49,187 nt of DNA from an uncultured Methanosarcinales archaeon (GTDB lineage Archaea; Nanobdellota; Nanobdellia; Woesearchaeales; JAGLXL01). Where the stretch lies: positions 1-49,187 of the forward strand of contig CAYYLB010000002.1 of the NCBI GenBank assembly GCA_964472345.1. Direction: 5' to 3'. The notes under the pieces were generated by a model that worked only from the letters and a program-made list of their open reading frames with translations, ran no database searches and was not told the origin of the DNA. A program made the position numbers and the translations under genes. Below are positions 9,463 to 18,307 of the stretch, in pieces; the stretch's first letter is position 1; each line of letters begins with the position of its first letter.

Positions 9463-10521
9463 ATGAAAATCATTGCTTCTGACTTCAAGAAAGGCAGTGT
9501 CAAGATCCGCGTGAGCAGTCCGGAGGATGCATGGCACCTGAGCCAGCTCATTGAGGCAGGCGATGTGGTGAGGGGCAGGACGGTGCGGAAAATAACCATC
9601 GGCGCGGTTGAGGGGAGAACCGCCCGTGTGCAGAAGCCGGTGACGCTTGCGGTTGCGGTTGAGCGTGCCGAGGTTGCGGCGCAGGGGCTGAGGGTCAGCG
9701 GCAAAGTGACTGCCGGGCCTGAGGATGTCCCCCGGGGGAGCTACCATACCATCACGCTCGAGGAAGGGCAGGAATATACCCTGAGCAAGGAGGAATGGCT
9801 CCCGTACCATCGCCTGCAGCTGAAGGAAGCTGTGGAAGCTGCGCCAACCGTGCTGCTGCTCTGCGTGTTCGACCGGGATGAAGCGCTGATTGCGGCGTCG
9901 CGCGCCCATGGGATCGAGATCCTCACGCGCCTGCAGGGAGACCTGCCCAAGAAAGAGGAGCGTGCTTCCGCGCGAGCGGATTTTTACGGCACCATCATCC
10001 GCGCGCTGCAGCAGTACGCGGAGCGCCTGAAGCCTAGCTCGGTCATTCTCGCAAGCCCCGGCTTCTATCAGGAAGACCTTGCACGGCAGATCAATGATCC
10101 GGCATTGAAGGAGAAGCTCGTGCTGGCAACGTGCTCATCGGCGCGGGAGCGCGCTCTTGACGAGGTGTTAAAACGCCCGGAAACCAGGAGCGCGTTGCAG
10201 CATGTGCGTGTGGCGCAGGAAACGGCGCTCGTCGAACGGCTGCTGGATGCACTTGCACGGAACGAGCGCGGCACGTACGGCTTTGCGCAGGTCCAGCGGG
10301 CTGCGGCGGCGGGAGCAGTACAGGACATGCTCGTCACGAATCAGTTCATCGCAGATGCGCGTGCGAGGAAAAGCTTTAAAGAGGTCAATGATCTTTTCAG
10401 GCTGGTCGAGCAGGGGCGCGGCGACATCCATCTCATCGGTTCGCTGCACGATGCAGGCAGGCAGCTGCAGGGACTTGGCGGCATCGCTGCGCTGCTGCGG
10501 TATCACCTTCCATGGCTGTGA
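9463..10521 (+). CDS. pelA: mRNA surveillance / ribosome rescue protein pelota (Dom34)
   Basis: EDAWHLSQLIEAGDVV, LRVSGKV, GSYHTITL, ASPGF, LQGLGGIAALLRY; GAGGTG RBS upstream. Confidence 0.95.
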   Translation: MKIIASDFKKGSVKIRVSSPEDAWHLSQLIEAGDVVRGRTVRKITIGAVEGRTARVQKPVTLAVAVERAEVAAQGLRVSGKVTAGPEDVPRGSYHTITLEEGQEYTLSKEEWLPYHRLQLKEAVEAAPTVLLLCVFDRDEALIAASRAHGIEILTRLQGDLPKKEERASARADFYGTIIRALQQYAERLKPSSVILASPGFYQEDLARQINDPALKEKLVLATCSSARERALDEVLKRPETRSALQHVRVAQETALVERLLDALARNERGTYGFAQVQRAAAAGAVQDMLVTNQFIADARARKSFKEVNDLFRLVEQGRGDIHLIGSLHDAGRQLQGLGGIAALLRYHLPWL

Positions 10522-11132
10522 TCCTCAAAGAGGCAGAGGCGGAAGATTTTCTTGAGAGGCATGATTTTCCGGTTGTTGAGCGGCGCGTGGTGCGGTCGCT
10601 TGCGGGGCTCCGTATTGCGGCGCGGGCGCTTGGCTTCCCCGTGGTGCTGAAGAATCCTACCGCACTGCACAAGACGGAGCAGCGTGCCGTGAGGATGGAT
10701 GTGACGGAAGCAACGCTCGAAGCGGCGTACCGCGCCCTGGGGGGACGACGCGTGCTCGTGCAGCGCCAGCTGCGGGGCGTTGAGCTGCTCATCGGACTGA
10801 AACGGGATGCTGTTTTCGGCGCGGTTGCCGCGTGCGGCCTTGGCGGGGTCACCACCGAACTCTTCAAGGATGTCGCGTTCCGCGTATGCCCCCTGACAAG
10901 GAACGATGCAGTTTCGCTGCTCCAGTCATTGCGCGCCGCGCACCTGTTTGAAGGCTTCCGCGGGATCCGCGCAAGCACAAAAGCGGTTGTCGCGCTGCTG
11001 CTGAAGGTCTCTGCGCTTGCGAAACAGTATCCGGAGCTTGAGGAGCTCGACGTGAACCCCCTCATCGTGACTGGGCGCGAAGCGCGCATTGCAGATGCGC
11101 GGATGGTGTTTGCGCACCTGAGGCGGCGCTGA
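10512..11132 (+). CDS. ADP-forming acetate/acyl-CoA ligase beta subunit (ATP-grasp)
   Basis: GFPVVLK, HKTE, VLVQ..GVELLIG..D..FG, GLGG, ELDVNPLIV, ADARM. Confidence 0.88.
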   Translation: MAVILKEAEAEDFLERHDFPVVERRVVRSLAGLRIAARALGFPVVLKNPTALHKTEQRAVRMDVTEATLEAAYRALGGRRVLVQRQLRGVELLIGLKRDAVFGAVAACGLGGVTTELFKDVAFRVCPLTRNDAVSLLQSLRAAHLFEGFRGIRASTKAVVALLLKVSALAKQYPELEELDVNPLIVTGREARIADARMVFAHLRRR

Positions 11133-11302
11133 CGCGGCTGCCCTCTCCCGGCAGATGGGCGTGGGAGGCTTGTTTATAAATGGCATCGACGAGGGGGGCA
11201 CGGCGGCCCGAGAGAAGAAAACCGTAACATATTAATAGTAGTAGTATTTATTTCCACATCAGTAATAAAAATGCAGCTTAAAAAAAGGAGGGGGTTTTCA
11301 CG

Positions 11303-12115
11303 ATGATCGTCAAGGAGGAGCTCTTAAGCAAGATACGGCGCTATTTTGACCTTAATCTTTATGAAGGCAAGCTATGGACGGCACTGCTTTCCCGCGGCGT
11401 GTCCACTGCAGGAGAGCTGTCCGATATTGCGAATGTCCCCCGCAGCAGAAGCTATGATGTCCTCGAAACCCTTGAGAAGAAGGGATTCGTCGTCATGAAG
11501 CTTGGCAAGCCGATCAAGTACATCGCAGTGCCGCCGACGGAAGTCGTTGAGCGCGTAAAGAAGAACATGAGGATAACTGCGGATGAGAAGATCAAGCGGC
11601 TGGAAACGCTCAAAGAGTCGGATCTGCTCGGGGAGCTTGAGACGCTGCACACCGAGGGCATCGAGCTCGTTGATCCATCGGAGCTGAGCGGGTCGCTGCG
11701 CGGGAGGCACAACCTCTACAACCACCTCGACCTTGCGATCCGCAACGCGAAGAAGCGCGTGACGATCATGACGACGTCACAGGGGCTGCTGCGGAAGATC
11801 GAAGGCCTGAAGGCGACACTGCAGGCGGTGAAGAAGCGCGGCGTTGACATCAAGATCGCGGCACCCATCACGAAAGAGCTGAAGGAGCAGCTGAGCGAGC
11901 TCAAAGGCGTTGCGGATGTGCGCCATACTGACGATGTGAAGGCACGATTCTGCATCGTCGATGGGAAGAACCTCACGTTCATGGTTTCGGATGACAAGGA
12001 TGTGCATGACAGCTACGACGTCGGCATCTGGGTGAACACACCGTTCTTTGCTTCGGCGCTCGAAGAGCTTTTTGACGGCGCCTGGCAGGACATGAAGCCA
12101 TTTGATAAGAGATAG
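11303..12115 (+). CDS. TrmB-family transcriptional regulator (TrmBL2-like)
   Basis: LNLYEGKLWTALL..STAGELSDIANVPRSRSYDVLETLEKKGFV..GKPIKY; PLD-like C-terminal domain. Confidence 0.92.
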   Translation: MIVKEELLSKIRRYFDLNLYEGKLWTALLSRGVSTAGELSDIANVPRSRSYDVLETLEKKGFVVMKLGKPIKYIAVPPTEVVERVKKNMRITADEKIKRLETLKESDLLGELETLHTEGIELVDPSELSGSLRGRHNLYNHLDLAIRNAKKRVTIMTTSQGLLRKIEGLKATLQAVKKRGVDIKIAAPITKELKEQLSELKGVADVRHTDDVKARFCIVDGKNLTFMVSDDKDVHDSYDVGIWVNTPFFASALEELFDGAWQDMKPFDKR

Positions 12116-12144
12116 GTTGCCGGCACACCAGCCTGGGTGCAACC
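12115..12144. repeat. short hairpin related to the internal segment of the 14575-14750 element
   Basis: GGTTGCCGGCACACC-agcct-GGGTGCAACC vs GGTTGCTGGCACACC-n13-GGGTGCATCC at 14653-14690. Confidence 0.5.
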
Positions 12145-12208
12145 GCTATTTCGCGCCAACCCCTGTTCCTGTATACCTTTATAAATCACCCCCTGTTCTG
12201 GATGAGGC

Positions 12209-13750
12209 ATGGCTGCGGGCCCTGATGTGGAGAAGCTCATCGAACGGCTGCACCCCCTTGAGCAGGCGGTTCTTCCGCATCTGGGTGAGAAGCGGCAGCT
12301 GTCGGCGCTGGCTGCGCGCTCGGGGCTGCAGGAAGCGGAGGTCATGCGGGCATTCGAATGGCTTGAGCGCAAGGGCCTCATCACGCTCAAGAAGGTTTCA
12401 CAGCGGATGGCCGTGCTTGGGGCGAACGGCCTGCGCTCGGTTTCTGAGGGACTGCCGGAGCGACGGATGCTTACGGCACTGCAGCGGGGCGCTGCGAGCA
12501 TTGCTGATGCCACGAAGAGCGCTTCGCTGAGCGATGATGAAGTGAAGGCAGCACTCGGCATCCTGCGAAGAAAAAATGCGATCCGCTTTGCACCGCGGAA
12601 CAGGGACTTGCTCGAGCTGACCGATGAAGGCAGGGGTATTGCCGGCCGGAAGCTTGCGGAGGAGCTGCTGCTGCAGCGGCAATTCCCCCTGATGCTTGAT
12701 GAGCTGACTTCCGATGAGCGTGCGCTGGCCGAGGCGCTTGCGCGACGGAAAGATGTGCTCGCCGTGAAAGAAAAGAAAGAGTGGACTGCACAGCTGACAG
12801 CACGAGGGAAGGCTGCGCTTGCCGCAGGCATCGGGCAGAACTCTGCTTTAGGGCGGGTGACTCCTGAGCTCCTGCAAGGCGGAGCGTGGAAAAGCAAGAA
12901 GTTTCGCGCGTATGACCTATCGGTTTCCGTCCCCGCGCGTTATCCCGGGAAGCGGCATTTTGTGAGCTCTGCAGCCGCCTCCATCCGACGCATCTGGCTG
13001 GAGCTTGGTTTCAAGGAGATGACGGGCCGCATGACGCAGACGGCGTTCTGGGACCTTGACGCGCTGTTCGTGCCGCAAGACCATCCCGCACGAGATATGC
13101 AGGATACCTTTTACCTGGAGGAGCCTGCAGCAGGGGAGCTGCCGAAGCTTGCGCGGACAATCAAGGATGTGCATGAATCCGGCGGCGCCACGGGCAGCCG
13201 CGGGTGGGGGGGGCGCTGGAGCGAGCAGGAAGCAAAACGGCTGCTGCTGCGGACGCACACCACCGTCCTGAGCGCGCAGGCGCTTGCGGCGCTGAAAGAG
13301 CCAGAGCTGCCTGCAAAGTTTTTTGCCGTTGGGAAAGTCTTCCGCAATGAAACGCTTGACGCGCACCACCTGTTTGAGTTTTACCAGGTGGAGGGGATTG
13401 TGGTTGATCCCGATGCGAACTTCACGCACCTCAAAGGGTATCTGCGCATGTTTTACACCAAGATGGGCTACTCCGATGTGCGCATCAGGCCAGCACATTT
13501 TCCCTATACAGAGCCGAGCTGCGAGGTTGAGGTTTTTCATCCCGTTGCGCGAAAGTGGCTCGAGCTGGGGGGTGCGGGGATCTTCCGGCCCGAGGTCGTG
13601 AAGCCGCTGCTCGGCAAAGCGGTGCCGGTGCTGGCATGGGGGCTTGGGCTTGACCGCATCATTTCCTCTTATTATGGTATTACCGACATCCGCGATCTGT
13701 ATCGGAATGACCTGCGGCAATTGCGAGAAGCGCCGCTCTGGCTGAGGTGA
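12209..13750 (+). CDS. pheS: phenylalanine--tRNA ligase alpha subunit (archaeal type)
   Basis: FVPQDHPARDMQDTFY, LLRTHTT, FRNETLDAHH..EFYQVEG, FPYTEPS, GIFRPEV, AWGLG. Confidence 0.98.
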   Translation: MAAGPDVEKLIERLHPLEQAVLPHLGEKRQLSALAARSGLQEAEVMRAFEWLERKGLITLKKVSQRMAVLGANGLRSVSEGLPERRMLTALQRGAASIADATKSASLSDDEVKAALGILRRKNAIRFAPRNRDLLELTDEGRGIAGRKLAEELLLQRQFPLMLDELTSDERALAEALARRKDVLAVKEKKEWTAQLTARGKAALAAGIGQNSALGRVTPELLQGGAWKSKKFRAYDLSVSVPARYPGKRHFVSSAAASIRRIWLELGFKEMTGRMTQTAFWDLDALFVPQDHPARDMQDTFYLEEPAAGELPKLARTIKDVHESGGATGSRGWGGRWSEQEAKRLLLRTHTTVLSAQALAALKEPELPAKFFAVGKVFRNETLDAHHLFEFYQVEGIVVDPDANFTHLKGYLRMFYTKMGYSDVRIRPAHFPYTEPSCEVEVFHPVARKWLELGGAGIFRPEVVKPLLGKAVPVLAWGLGLDRIISSYYGITDIRDLYRNDLRQLREAPLWLR

Positions 13751-13757
13751 CCCTTGC

Positions 13758-14573
13758 ATGGAAAACAAACGTCAGGAAACTGCAATCGAAGAGGTTGAAG
13801 AGGTCCTTGAAAAGAAGGTGACCGTCAGCGTGGGGAAGATCCTGCTTGTCCTTGGCACGTGCGCCGTGGTTTTCGTGCTGGTCCTGGGTGCGTTCCTTAC
13901 CGGAAGGTATGTATTTCCCGCGTCGGAATCCCTTGGGGGGACGCTGAAAGCGGCGGGCGAGGCACTTTCCTCCTCGGTCAAGGCGAAGGTAACACTCGGG
14001 ACGAGCGCGACGGCGTTATCTGCGACGGCAAACACGACGCCGTCATCGAATGCCACCGGCGCACAGAATCGCAGCACGACAACCGCGACGACCGGCATGG
14101 CAGCGGGCGCTGCCGGCAGCACGACCGCGAGCGCGTCGAGCGGCACAGGAGCGGATGCGACGGCGCCGGCGTCCGGGGCGGAAGACCTGAGCAACGTGAT
14201 GACGACGGGCTATCGGAAGGTGACGCTCGAGTTCAGCCGCACGCCGATCCATCACTGGTATGGCACCTGGGGGAAGGTTGAAACAATCTATTACCGCATC
14301 ACCAACAACGAGGACTCTGCGATCCTGCCGGCCAATTTTGTGGTCCGGCTGGAAGGATACAGCGACGACGAGGTGCCGCCGCGCGTGAGGGCGGTGCCTG
14401 CATTGGACCAGCGTGTCGAGCCCGGCGAGGTCGCGGAGCATGGGTTTGACGTCGGCGCATCGTTCAACGAGGCAGTGACTGATCCGACAACACTGGAGAT
14501 AACGGTTGACATGAGCGATGCGGACGGCGAGACGATCGCCATCGCGAAGAAAGAATTCAACATGAAGGGGTAA
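13758..14573 (+). CDS. single-pass membrane protein with Thr/Ala/Ser linker and C-terminal beta domain
   Basis: One N-terminal hydrophobic helix, low-complexity stalk with N-x-T/S sequons, Ig-like tail; lies between pheS and pheT. Confidence 0.7.
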   Translation: MENKRQETAIEEVEEVLEKKVTVSVGKILLVLGTCAVVFVLVLGAFLTGRYVFPASESLGGTLKAAGEALSSSVKAKVTLGTSATALSATANTTPSSNATGAQNRSTTTATTGMAAGAAGSTTASASSGTGADATAPASGAEDLSNVMTTGYRKVTLEFSRTPIHHWYGTWGKVETIYYRITNNEDSAILPANFVVRLEGYSDDEVPPRVRAVPALDQRVEPGEVAEHGFDVGASFNEAVTDPTTLEITVDMSDADGETIAIAKKEFNMKG

Positions 14574-14574
14574 T

Positions 14575-14750
14575 ATTTGTTTAGCACCTTCGAAATTCCT
14601 GCCGAAGCCATCAAAGGAGCTGCGTCCCCGGATGGGGTGCGGAGCAATCCGCGGTTGCTGGCACACCGCTCGCTCCGCTCGGGTGCATCCCCCGCGACGC
14701 CCCCGATGATTTGCGTCGAAGGAATTTCGACCTGGGGGTGCTAAACAAAT
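14575..14750. mobile_element. MITE-like element with terminal inverted repeats
   Basis: ATTTGTTTAGCACC-TTCGAAATTCCT ... AGGAATTTCGA-cctggg-GGTGCTAAACAAAT; right end shared with element at 1-193. Confidence 0.75.
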
Positions 14751-14762
14751 CTGAGGGATAAG

Positions 14763-16403
14763 ATGCCGACGGTGACGCTGAATCGCAGGGCGCTTGAGCA
14801 GCTCCTTGGCAGGAAGCTTCCTGAAGAGCAGCTGAAGGAGCGCATCTCGATGCTGGGCACGGACCTGGAGAAGGTCGATCGTGATGAAATCGTCGTCGAG
14901 GTTTTTCCCAACCGGCCGGATCTGCTGAGCGAGCAGGGATTTGGCCGCGCGCTGGCTGCGTTCATCGGCAGCGCGCCGGGATTGCGCGGGTATGAGGTGA
15001 AGCGCTCGGGATGGACGACTCGCGTCGTGAAGACGCTGAACCGCTGGCCGTCCGCCGTAACTGCAGTCGTGCGGGGCCTGTCGCTGAGCGACGAGCGGGT
15101 GCGGGAGATCATCCAGCTTCAGGAAAAGCTTGGCGTGACGCTGCTGCGGAACCGGACGAAAGGGGGGCTTGGGGTGTATCCGCTTGACAGGATCCGGATG
15201 CCCGTCACGTTCACGACGCGGGCTGCGGACGAGATCAGGTTCCGCCCCCTGGAGTTCCCCTCCACCCTCACCGGGCGGGAGATTCTCGAGAAGCATCCGA
15301 CGGGACGGAAGTATGGGCATCTCATCGCTTCCGAGAAAGAGTTCCCGATTTTCCTCGATGCGGCGGGAACGATCCTCTCGATGCCGCCGATCATCAACTC
15401 GCATGAGGCCGGGAAAGTCACTCCCGCGACGCGCGACGTGTTCATCGAGGCGACGGGACCGGAGCTTGGGACGCTGCAGGTTGCGCTGAATATTTTTGTG
15501 ACGGCACTCGCTGATATGGGAGGAGCAATCTATTCGATGAAGGTTGCGTACCAGGAGAAGACGCTCACGACGCCGGACCTGAAGCCAACAGCGATGGCAT
15601 TTGAGCTTGATGATGCGCGGCGGCTGCTGGGGATTGCGCTGAATGAGAAACAGCTTGCCATGCTGCTCGGGCGCATGGGGTACGGCCTTGCCGGGAAATT
15701 GGTGCTCGTGCCCGCGTACCGCGCAGATGTACTGCATTCAGCCGACATCATTGAGGACCTGGCGATCGCGTACGGATACGAGAACATCCCTGAGGAGATT
15801 CCGCGTGTCGCGACCATCGCCGAGGAAGATGCGTTGCAGCGCTTCCTGTGGATGATTGGCGAGCTGCTCATCGGTTTCGGGTTTCTTGAGCTGCAGAACT
15901 ACCATCTTCTTTCCGAGACAGAGGCTGATGATGCAATTGCGCTCCGGAATGCGCTCGGAGAGCATGGCTCCCTGCGAAAGCGCCTGCTTCCCGGATTGCT
16001 GAAAGTGCTCGCGTCAAACCAGCACCAGGAGTACCCGCAGCAGGTGTATGAGGCGGGAGTGGTCTTTTCGCGCGACGCGAAAGCGGAGCATGGGATCCGC
16101 GAGCGGCTGAAGCTTGGCTTGCTGGTGTGCCATGAGAAAGCGGACGTGACAAGCATCCGGCAGGTTGTTGATGCGCTGGAACGCGGGCTTGGCCTGCAGC
16201 TGACGGTTCAGGATGGTGCGGATGAGCTGCTGATCCCCGGACGCGTCGGGACAGTGTTTGCAGGGAAGGAGCAGATCGGCGTGTTCGGCGAGGTGCATCC
16301 CGCGGTGCTCAACCGGTGGAAGCTCGCGATGCCCGCCGCGGCTGCGGAACTGGATGTGGAAGGGCTGTTCAGGGCGGTGAGCAAGCGCCTGCGGAAGGGA
16401 TAG
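14763..16403 (+). CDS. pheT: phenylalanine--tRNA ligase beta subunit (archaeal type)
   Basis: MPTV, NRPDLLS, LQEKL, SMPPIINS, VPAYRADVLH..DIIEDLAIAYGY, FGEVHP. Confidence 0.97.
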   Translation: MPTVTLNRRALEQLLGRKLPEEQLKERISMLGTDLEKVDRDEIVVEVFPNRPDLLSEQGFGRALAAFIGSAPGLRGYEVKRSGWTTRVVKTLNRWPSAVTAVVRGLSLSDERVREIIQLQEKLGVTLLRNRTKGGLGVYPLDRIRMPVTFTTRAADEIRFRPLEFPSTLTGREILEKHPTGRKYGHLIASEKEFPIFLDAAGTILSMPPIINSHEAGKVTPATRDVFIEATGPELGTLQVALNIFVTALADMGGAIYSMKVAYQEKTLTTPDLKPTAMAFELDDARRLLGIALNEKQLAMLLGRMGYGLAGKLVLVPAYRADVLHSADIIEDLAIAYGYENIPEEIPRVATIAEEDALQRFLWMIGELLIGFGFLELQNYHLLSETEADDAIALRNALGEHGSLRKRLLPGLLKVLASNQHQEYPQQVYEAGVVFSRDAKAEHGIRERLKLGLLVCHEKADVTSIRQVVDALERGLGLQLTVQDGADELLIPGRVGTVFAGKEQIGVFGEVHPAVLNRWKLAMPAAAAELDVEGLFRAVSKRLRKG

Positions 16404-16408
16404 CACGA

Positions 16409-16610
16409 GTTGGTGCGTCATTCGCTCACGCGGCACTGCGGTGGCAAGCCAGCACTCCCTAAAGTCGTGCACGTCGGCGCTCCGCTGATTTCCGTAAGTT
16501 CGTTCTATAGTACCCCGCAGTTCTAGTCGAAGGAAATCAGTCCCGGCGAGCCTTGCAAGCAGCGGACAGCGTCGCTCGCAAAGGAAGGGCAGTGCACATT
16601 CCGCACCAAC
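16409..16610. repeat. long nested stem-loop intergenic element
   Basis: GTTGGTGCG/CGCACCAAC, GCACTGC/GCAGTGC and CTGATTTCC/GGAAATCAG nested arms; CATTCGCTCA motif shared with 19121-19130. Confidence 0.55.
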
Positions 16611-16620
16611 CCCCCCGGAC

Positions 16621-16637
16621 AAGAAAGGTATTTAAAC
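16621..16637 (+). promoter_or_regulatory. BRE/TATA promoter of tRNA-Ala
   Basis: AAGAAAGG followed by TATTTAAA about 25 bp upstream of the tRNA. Confidence 0.65.
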
Positions 16638-16660
16638 GCTTCCCCGTGCGTCTTTTTGGT

Positions 16661-16755
16661 GGGCTCGTGGTCTAACGGCTATGACACCTCGTTCGCAACG
16701 AGGAGACTCCGGGTTCGAGGAGGGCACGTTGCTTTCGGAAGTCCCGGCGAGTCCA
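16661..16755 (+). tRNA. tRNA-Ala(CGC) with 22-nt intron in the T loop (16720-16741, position 59/60)
   Basis: Acceptor GGGCTCG/CGAGTCC with G3:U70; anticodon arm CCTCG-TTCGCAA-CGAGG; T arm CCGGG-TTCGAG^T-CCCGG after removal of a BHB intron; CCA not encoded. Confidence 0.92.
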
Positions 16756-16800
16756 CTCTTTTCTTTGCTGCAGCTGAGAAAGAATATTGCATCTGTTTAG

Positions 16801-17487
16801 TCAACCGCTTGTGCCCGTAGAACCAGTGACAAGGGTTAAAACAAAAGTTCCGTGGGCGCTGTTATCACTGCCAACGGCTCGCCACCTTCCCTCAATGCGT
16901 CCGGGCGTACTGAAGTCTGTTCCCATGAGATTGAGTTTTTCGGCCGGAATGTTGGAATAGGAATTCTGTGAAGGCATGAAGGCGCGACCTCCAATAAGAT
17001 TATTACTGGCACGCACAAAGATTTGAACAAAGGGACTATCTGGATAACCTGCCGTACCTATATAACCCGCCGTGTAATAGGCTTCCATGCGAAAAGGTAC
17101 ATTACTGACCGTTGTGTCTTCCAGAGTGCAGGAGCTTGGATAGGCGCTCTGAACATCCACGAGCTCGCTGCCTGAGAATTTCCCGTTGCCGTAGACTGTA
17201 TGAGAACTTAAATCGGCAAGACTTCGACTAATCGCCGAGGCCATTGACGAATCCATAGTCACCGTAAAGCCAAAGTTCTCAATAAATCGCCCATCACAAT
17301 AGGCGTTGCCGCCCTCACCGACAAGTATAGCTTCCCAGACTTCGCCGGCGCCCGCAGGAATTGAAGGAACTGATTCTGAAGTCGTAACGCCGCCTCCTCT
17401 TCCACAGCCCTGAAGTAGAACAGCGACTATCACGGCAACGATAATCAGGAATACTCGATTCGCCTTAAGTTTCAGTTCGGAGCGCAT
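16801..17487 (-). CDS. hypothetical lipoprotein, lower GC than neighbours
   Basis: Hydrophobic signal with LQGC lipobox; atypical codon usage; converges on tRNA-Ala 3' end. Confidence 0.65.
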   Translation of the reverse strand: MRSELKLKANRVFLIIVAVIVAVLLQGCGRGGGVTTSESVPSIPAGAGEVWEAILVGEGGNAYCDGRFIENFGFTVTMDSSMASAISRSLADLSSHTVYGNGKFSGSELVDVQSAYPSSCTLEDTTVSNVPFRMEAYYTAGYIGTAGYPDSPFVQIFVRASNNLIGGRAFMPSQNSYSNIPAEKLNLMGTDFSTPGRIEGRWRAVGSDNSAHGTFVLTLVTGSTGTSG

Positions 17488-17496
17488 ATCTTTACC

Positions 17497-17967
17497 CTAT
17501 TGTGCCGTTGCTTCCTTTTCCTTCTTCGCGGGCCTTGGTTCCGCCGCCGGCTTTGCGGACTGGTCGCCTGGCTTCGGCACTGATGCGGGCGCTTCCTGCG
17601 GCTCTTTTGGGGGTGCGGCAGCTGCCGGCGCGTTCCTTGCTGCCACGGGGCGCTTTGTTCCCTGCTGTTTCACGGGCTTCGCTTTCGGCTTTCTCACGCG
17701 GCGCGGGCGGGGCTTTGCCTGCTTTGGCTTTGCGGTGCGGACGCTCCAGCCCTGCCCATTGAGAAGAGCGGCTATTTCCTCGTGAGAGGCATTCCCGGAG
17801 ATTTCAAGCGTCTGCCCGAGCGGCTCGAGGTGGCGCATGTTGACCTTCCGCCGGCGGGTTTCGCCATCGACGAGGACGTAGTTGTTCTCGAGCGTTTCGA
17901 TGACGACGCAGCGCTTTCCCGCGTCGCGCCCTGCGAGCTTCACGCAGATGCGGCCGACGTCAAACAT
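17497..17967 (-). CDS. rpl14e: 50S ribosomal protein eL14
   Basis: GRICVKLAGRDAGKRCVVI..RRRKVNMRHLEP; Ala/Pro/Lys tail. Confidence 0.96.
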   Translation of the reverse strand: MFDVGRICVKLAGRDAGKRCVVIETLENNYVLVDGETRRRKVNMRHLEPLGQTLEISGNASHEEIAALLNGQGWSVRTAKPKQAKPRPRRVRKPKAKPVKQQGTKRPVAARNAPAAAAPPKEPQEAPASVPKPGDQSAKPAAEPRPAKKEKEATAQ

Positions 17968-18235
17968 GGGTTCCCCTCACCTGCGCCTTGATCCTTGCGC
18001 GCATGCAGCCGCTGCAGAGGACGCCGCCAAACGGGCGCTCAGGCCGCTTTTCTGTTTTCGAGAGCTTGTTGAGCTGCGTGGGGCGAGCGCGTGCAACGCC
18101 TGCCAGTGGCTTCCGGCAGCCTGCGCAGTGGGCCCTGCCCGGCTTGCGAGGGAGGTAGTGTACGACATTCCTTCCGCCCGGTGTTCTCACCTTGATGCGG
18201 CGCAAGGTCCGTGAGCGCTTGTAAGGCTGCGGCAT
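17960..18235 (-). CDS. rpl34e: 50S ribosomal protein eL34
   Basis: RTPGG, CAGC, KRPERPFGGVLCSGC. Confidence 0.96.
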   Translation of the reverse strand: MPQPYKRSRTLRRIKVRTPGGRNVVHYLPRKPGRAHCAGCRKPLAGVARARPTQLNKLSKTEKRPERPFGGVLCSGCMRARIKAQVRGTHV

Positions 18236-18307
18236 GGTGCGCCGTGGCTTGCGGGGGTTTATAAAGATTACCCGGCGAGGGCGGCTCGCGGAGGCGGAAA
18301 CGCGCTT

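Noticed and set aside
16404..16620. SRP RNA or RNase P RNA
   Set aside because: No SRP helix-8 motif and no GAGGAAAGUCC-type RNase P signature on either strand.
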